Assembly: GCA_034429745.1 (NCBI GenBank)
Contig: DAOUFY010000005.1
Coordinates: forward strand, 1,544 to 65,543
DNA from: Anaerolineales bacterium
GTDB taxonomy: Bacteria; Chloroflexota; Anaerolineae; Anaerolineales; DRKV01
Direction of reading: 5' to 3'
DNA length: 64,000 bases
The notes below the pieces were generated by a model. That model saw only the letters and a program-made list of their open reading frames with translations. It was not told the DNA's origin and searched no databases. The position numbers and the translations under genes are program-made. Below, piece by piece: positions 60,649 to 64,000 of this stretch (positions within the stretch are counted from its first letter, which is position 1; each line of letters begins with the position of its first letter).

Positions 60649-61398
60649 ATGAATGTGGAAATATTTAACTACCTCCTGCAATGCGCCAAAGCAAATGAAA
60701 AGGTAATGTTGTATAACACATACAAAGGCATTCCGATTACCTTTGAAGCGGAATTCATCAAAATTAGTCATGGCGTCATTGATCTTAAGGTGCACAAATA
60801 TCAGGCTTTATGCATTCAGCACTCAAAACGCACCCTGATTAAGCATGATATCTTTCCTCATCCTATCCTTGCTCACCTTAAAAATGTGAATTTTATCAAC
60901 TTGATTGTATCCTTATACGAATTCACATATGCAGATGATCGGGCTGGCAATCGAAAAAGTGTGCGCGTTGCTCCGGATAAATCTTTTCCCATCGTCATTT
61001 CCAGCGGCATTGTGGTTAATGCAGAAGCCGTTGATATATCTGAAGAAGGGTGTGGAGTTTATATAAAAAGCACATATTTTGACCCTAAATATTTTGAACC
61101 TAAAAAGAATATTATTCTTGAATATCGCTATCCATTGGAAAAAAGAATTATTATTAAAAATCAAGGGGTAATCACTCATGTGCTTCCCTTAAAAGAGCAA
61201 AATCTACATCGTCTCGGTATTCAGACATTTGCCAGTGATGACTTCCGTAAAGCTATTAAACAGTACATTCAAAAAAGAAAGGTTGAAATCATTACTGAAC
61301 TTGAAACTTATTATCAGTTGCTCATGGCAAAGTTATCACCTATGGCAGCTGCCTCATCTTTACCACAAGTTTCTCATTCACATAAAGGAGAACTATGA
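60649..61398 (+). CDS. PilZ-domain protein (YcgR-like architecture)
   Basis: c-di-GMP motifs RKSVR (RxxxR) and DISEEG (DxSxxG). Confidence 0.85.
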   Translation: MNVEIFNYLLQCAKANEKVMLYNTYKGIPITFEAEFIKISHGVIDLKVHKYQALCIQHSKRTLIKHDIFPHPILAHLKNVNFINLIVSLYEFTYADDRAGNRKSVRVAPDKSFPIVISSGIVVNAEAVDISEEGCGVYIKSTYFDPKYFEPKKNIILEYRYPLEKRIIIKNQGVITHVLPLKEQNLHRLGIQTFASDDFRKAIKQYIQKRKVEIITELETYYQLLMAKLSPMAAASSLPQVSHSHKGEL

Positions 61399-62528
61399 AT
61401 TGGTTAGAAATAACCTTAGACAACGACCTGAACGATAAAGCTGCACTTACTAGCCTAAAATTGCAAAAATTTATCGAAGAAGAACGAAAACTAGAAGAGC
61501 TGCTTCCCTTACAGCAGTCCTTGATTGAATATTTAACCTTGCTCAAACAAGCCTTTGACTCTTTATCTAAAGACCCCAATGTGGATTCAAAAACTATGGC
61601 TGCTGCCATGATTCTACTTGAAATTCGTCTTCAAGATTCTCTCATTAGCCCTGATTTTTTCATCAACCAAGAAGATATTGACTACGTCAACATAGTAATT
61701 AGCAGTATCTCCGGCAAGGGAAATCTGCTAATCTCCCAGCTTCCACAAGCTGAACAGGATGAAGTGCGTGAAATGATCCTCAACGCACGCTTATACGCTG
61801 ATTACAGCTACTACCTAAATCATTATATCCAAGGACAGAAAGTAAAAGAGGCTGCAGCTATCGTCGAACAACTTGAGTGGAGAAATTCCGTTCTCGGCAT
61901 GCTTTTACTCTGGGGCGGCTATGTCTTAATCCTTTTAGTGTTATCCTCCATCCCGATCTATTTATTTACAAATCAAGAAACTACTAATGCCTACATTGGC
62001 TTTGGTTTCTTAGCAATTATTGGGATTGTGTTATTCATTGCAATTACGCGGTTTCAAAAAGCCAAACAATTTAATAGCGCAGTCAACGCCGTGATTGAGC
62101 ACAGTGACCTCCTCGATGTAGAACGCTTTGAAAAGGTGGACGCTGAAGTTCAAGGCAACCGAAGCCGAGCACTTGGTTTTCAAAACAGCACAAAAGCTTT
62201 AGTAGAAAAGTTTTTCACCTCACCATCACGTCTAAGCAAACTTTCTGCTGAGGAGGTTAAGCCATCGGTTTTACTGCCCTCCGAAGAGACAATTAAATCA
62301 ACCCTGCCGGAAAAGGCTGACATTATGCTTGAGCAACTCCCATCAACTCTGCCTCCAACTTCATCATCTACGACTGATTCGGCAGTTTCCAGCCAACCCC
62401 CACAAGAGATTCGTTCACCTATCACTCCCCCGTCTCCAACACCGCGTTTTTGCGGCAACTGCGGTACTAAATTACCTGCAGGTGCATTATACTGTCCAAA
62501 TTGCGGGCATCCCGTTCAAATGAAGTGA
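61395..62528 (+). CDS. Two-TM membrane protein with C-terminal zinc ribbon
   Basis: Helical N-terminus, two TMs, S/P/T linker, CGNCG...YCPNCG; ATGA overlap with the PilZ gene. Confidence 0.8.
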   Translation: MNWLEITLDNDLNDKAALTSLKLQKFIEEERKLEELLPLQQSLIEYLTLLKQAFDSLSKDPNVDSKTMAAAMILLEIRLQDSLISPDFFINQEDIDYVNIVISSISGKGNLLISQLPQAEQDEVREMILNARLYADYSYYLNHYIQGQKVKEAAAIVEQLEWRNSVLGMLLLWGGYVLILLVLSSIPIYLFTNQETTNAYIGFGFLAIIGIVLFIAITRFQKAKQFNSAVNAVIEHSDLLDVERFEKVDAEVQGNRSRALGFQNSTKALVEKFFTSPSRLSKLSAEEVKPSVLLPSEETIKSTLPEKADIMLEQLPSTLPPTSSSTTDSAVSSQPPQEIRSPITPPSPTPRFCGNCGTKLPAGALYCPNCGHPVQMK

Positions 62529-62535
62529 GGAGTTT

Positions 62536-64000
62536 ATGCTTTGTCCCCATTGTGGTCAGGAACACCCTGAAAATACTAAATTTTGCATTATAACCGGAAA
62601 AATTATTGAAGAACCGATGAGCAGATGTCCGCACTGCGGGCGAATTCTGCCACAAGGTTTAATTTTCTGTACTTCTTGCGGCAAAAGGTTGATAGAAAAC
62701 CTAACCATAGAAAATCCTCTCATTTCCAATCCAACCCTCTCCGAAGAAACCCAAATAACTGAGGACACTCAGTCCATTGAGACTGATACTTCTTTTTCCT
62801 CCGATCCTAACTCGAACATTATTGAGCAAGAATCTACAAAGAGAATTCGTTGTCCAAGCTGCTCGCTTGAAATTCCTGCGAACTCCAAATTTTGCATTTA
62901 TTGTGGTGCTTTGATAGATGATCATCTCGCCGCTGACACATCATTTAGCTATGATACTACAGAAACAGAAAACATCACTTGTCCCCAATGTTCTGCAGAA
63001 CTGCCAGCCGGCACAAAGTTTTGCATCTATTGCGGGTTCGCGATAAACCAAGAGCAAAGAGTTGTTTCCGAATCCCTTGAATCGCAACATGAGCCCCATC
63101 ATTGCCCAAATTGCAATACTCCTTACCCTTATGATGAAGAGAGCGGAAAGCCTCTTGCAAAATATTGCACGATATGTGGAACTCTCTTGTTGAAAGAAGA
63201 TTTGCCGGCTGCAAATTTATCCACAATAGAAGACAACGCTTCAATCGTTGAGCAAAACAAATCAGAGATGATAGCATGTCCACATTGCGGTAATGAATTA
63301 CCCGTCGCAACAAAATTTTGCATTTATTGCGGCAACGCTGTCTCGGTTGTTGTGAAGCAAAGTGCCTTCCAAGCAGAATTGGATTTATCACATCTAGAGC
63401 ATCCTATTGTGCTTTCTTCAAATGAAAAAGAAGCCGACACTGAAAGTCCATCAGAGTCCGGTAAAGCAAAAATATGCAATTATTGCAAACTTGTCTATGA
63501 GGATCAAGACGGCATTTGCCCTTCCTGCGGCACTTCAAGCGAAGGCAACCTCTCTTACCAACCCAAACAAGTTACAGCCATGCAGAATTGCACGTATTGT
63601 GGATTGATATTGCCTCAATCTATGCCTTTCTGTCCATCCTGCAATACACAGCTTCACCCCGAAGCAGAAACCTTAAAAATGGGCATACCATTAGCCACCA
63701 ACAAATGCACCACCTGCGGTTTATTCTTCTCGGATAACGAAGAAAAGTGTCCATCTTGTGGAACACCAATAAGCATAATACCAATATCCAAGGACGGTAC
63801 AGAACCAACAGCAGCAGCCGACATCCAAGCATGCCCGGCCTGCCACGCGGATGTCCCCCTCGGTATGGCATTCTGCCCCAACTGCGGCGCAGCTCTACCC
63901 TCAACCCCAGAACCAGCAGCCGATACTCTGGCCTGTCCTGCCTGCCACGCAGATGTTCCCCTCGGCATGGCATTCTGCCCCAACTGCGGCGCAGCTCTAC
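62536..64000 (+). CDS. Poly-zinc-ribbon protein (11 CxxC...CxxC units seen), runs off the window
   Basis: Not in the ORF track. GAGGAG RBS then ATG 62536; manual translation is open to the end (MLCPHCGQEHPENTKFC...CPACHADVPLGMAFCPNCGAAL). Confidence 0.9.
   Translation, partial: MLCPHCGQEHPENTKFCIITGKIIEEPMSRCPHCGRILPQGLIFCTSCGKRLIENLTIENPLISNPTLSEETQITEDTQSIETDTSFSSDPNSNIIEQESTKRIRCPSCSLEIPANSKFCIYCGALIDDHLAADTSFSYDTTETENITCPQCSAELPAGTKFCIYCGFAINQEQRVVSESLESQHEPHHCPNCNTPYPYDEESGKPLAKYCTICGTLLLKEDLPAANLSTIEDNASIVEQNKSEMIACPHCGNELPVATKFCIYCGNAVSVVVKQSAFQAELDLSHLEHPIVLSSNEKEADTESPSESGKAKICNYCKLVYEDQDGICPSCGTSSEGNLSYQPKQVTAMQNCTYCGLILPQSMPFCPSCNTQLHPEAETLKMGIPLATNKCTTCGLFFSDNEEKCPSCGTPISIIPISKDGTEPTAAADIQACPACHADVPLGMAFCPNCGAALPSTPEPAADTLACPACHADVPLGMAFCPNCGAAL
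63814..64000 (+). repeat. 102-bp GC-rich tandem repeat, one zinc ribbon per unit
   Basis: GCAGCCGA anchors at 63814 and 63916; near-identical units; about 65% GC by hand count over 63811-64000. Confidence 0.9.

Noticed and set aside
62556-63983. Several minus-strand and short plus-strand ORFs, including the repetitive MGQNAMPRGTSAWQAG ORF
   Set aside because: Shadows of the real plus-strand poly-Zn-ribbon frame and its tandem repeat.
63814-64000. 102-bp repeats as a possible CRISPR array
   Set aside because: Contiguous in-frame coding units with no unique spacers and no cas genes.

Overview
Bacterial chromosomal window, probably an Anaerolineae-like Chloroflexota member. This is inferred from the GroEL C-terminus ending [10 protein letters not shown] without a GGM tail, Thr/Pro-rich membrane-anchored proteins, and a monoderm-style flagellar gene order with no L/P-ring genes in view. 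Layout: (1) 1-8.55 kb, an AT-rich LacI-controlled sugar ABC operon carrying a GH20-like protein with a non-canonical active site, a sensory-rhodopsin-transducer homolog, a RhaM-like mutarotase and an M24 hydrolase, driven by a perfect sigma70 promoter overlapping three tandem operator-like 12-mers; (2) RACo-type ASKHA protein, wecB, LOG, hutI; (3) 13.8-25.4 kb, flagellar basal body/export/hook cluster with flgB displaced; (4) a 939-aa chemoreceptor with a circularly permuted sugar-binding-protein domain inserted in its cytoplasmic part, which is the top finding; (5) DegT aminotransferase, fused CydDC, GNAT, a pseudo-PP2C membrane protein and a degenerate VWA-FHA membrane protein, TPR pair, CIRCE-groES-groEL, rnhA, transporters, pdxST, tmk; (6) a PilZ / Zn-ribbon membrane protein / poly-Zn-ribbon operon running off the right edge. 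No rRNA, tRNA, CRISPR array or mobile element was recognised. All family assignments come from motif recognition by eye, not from database searches.
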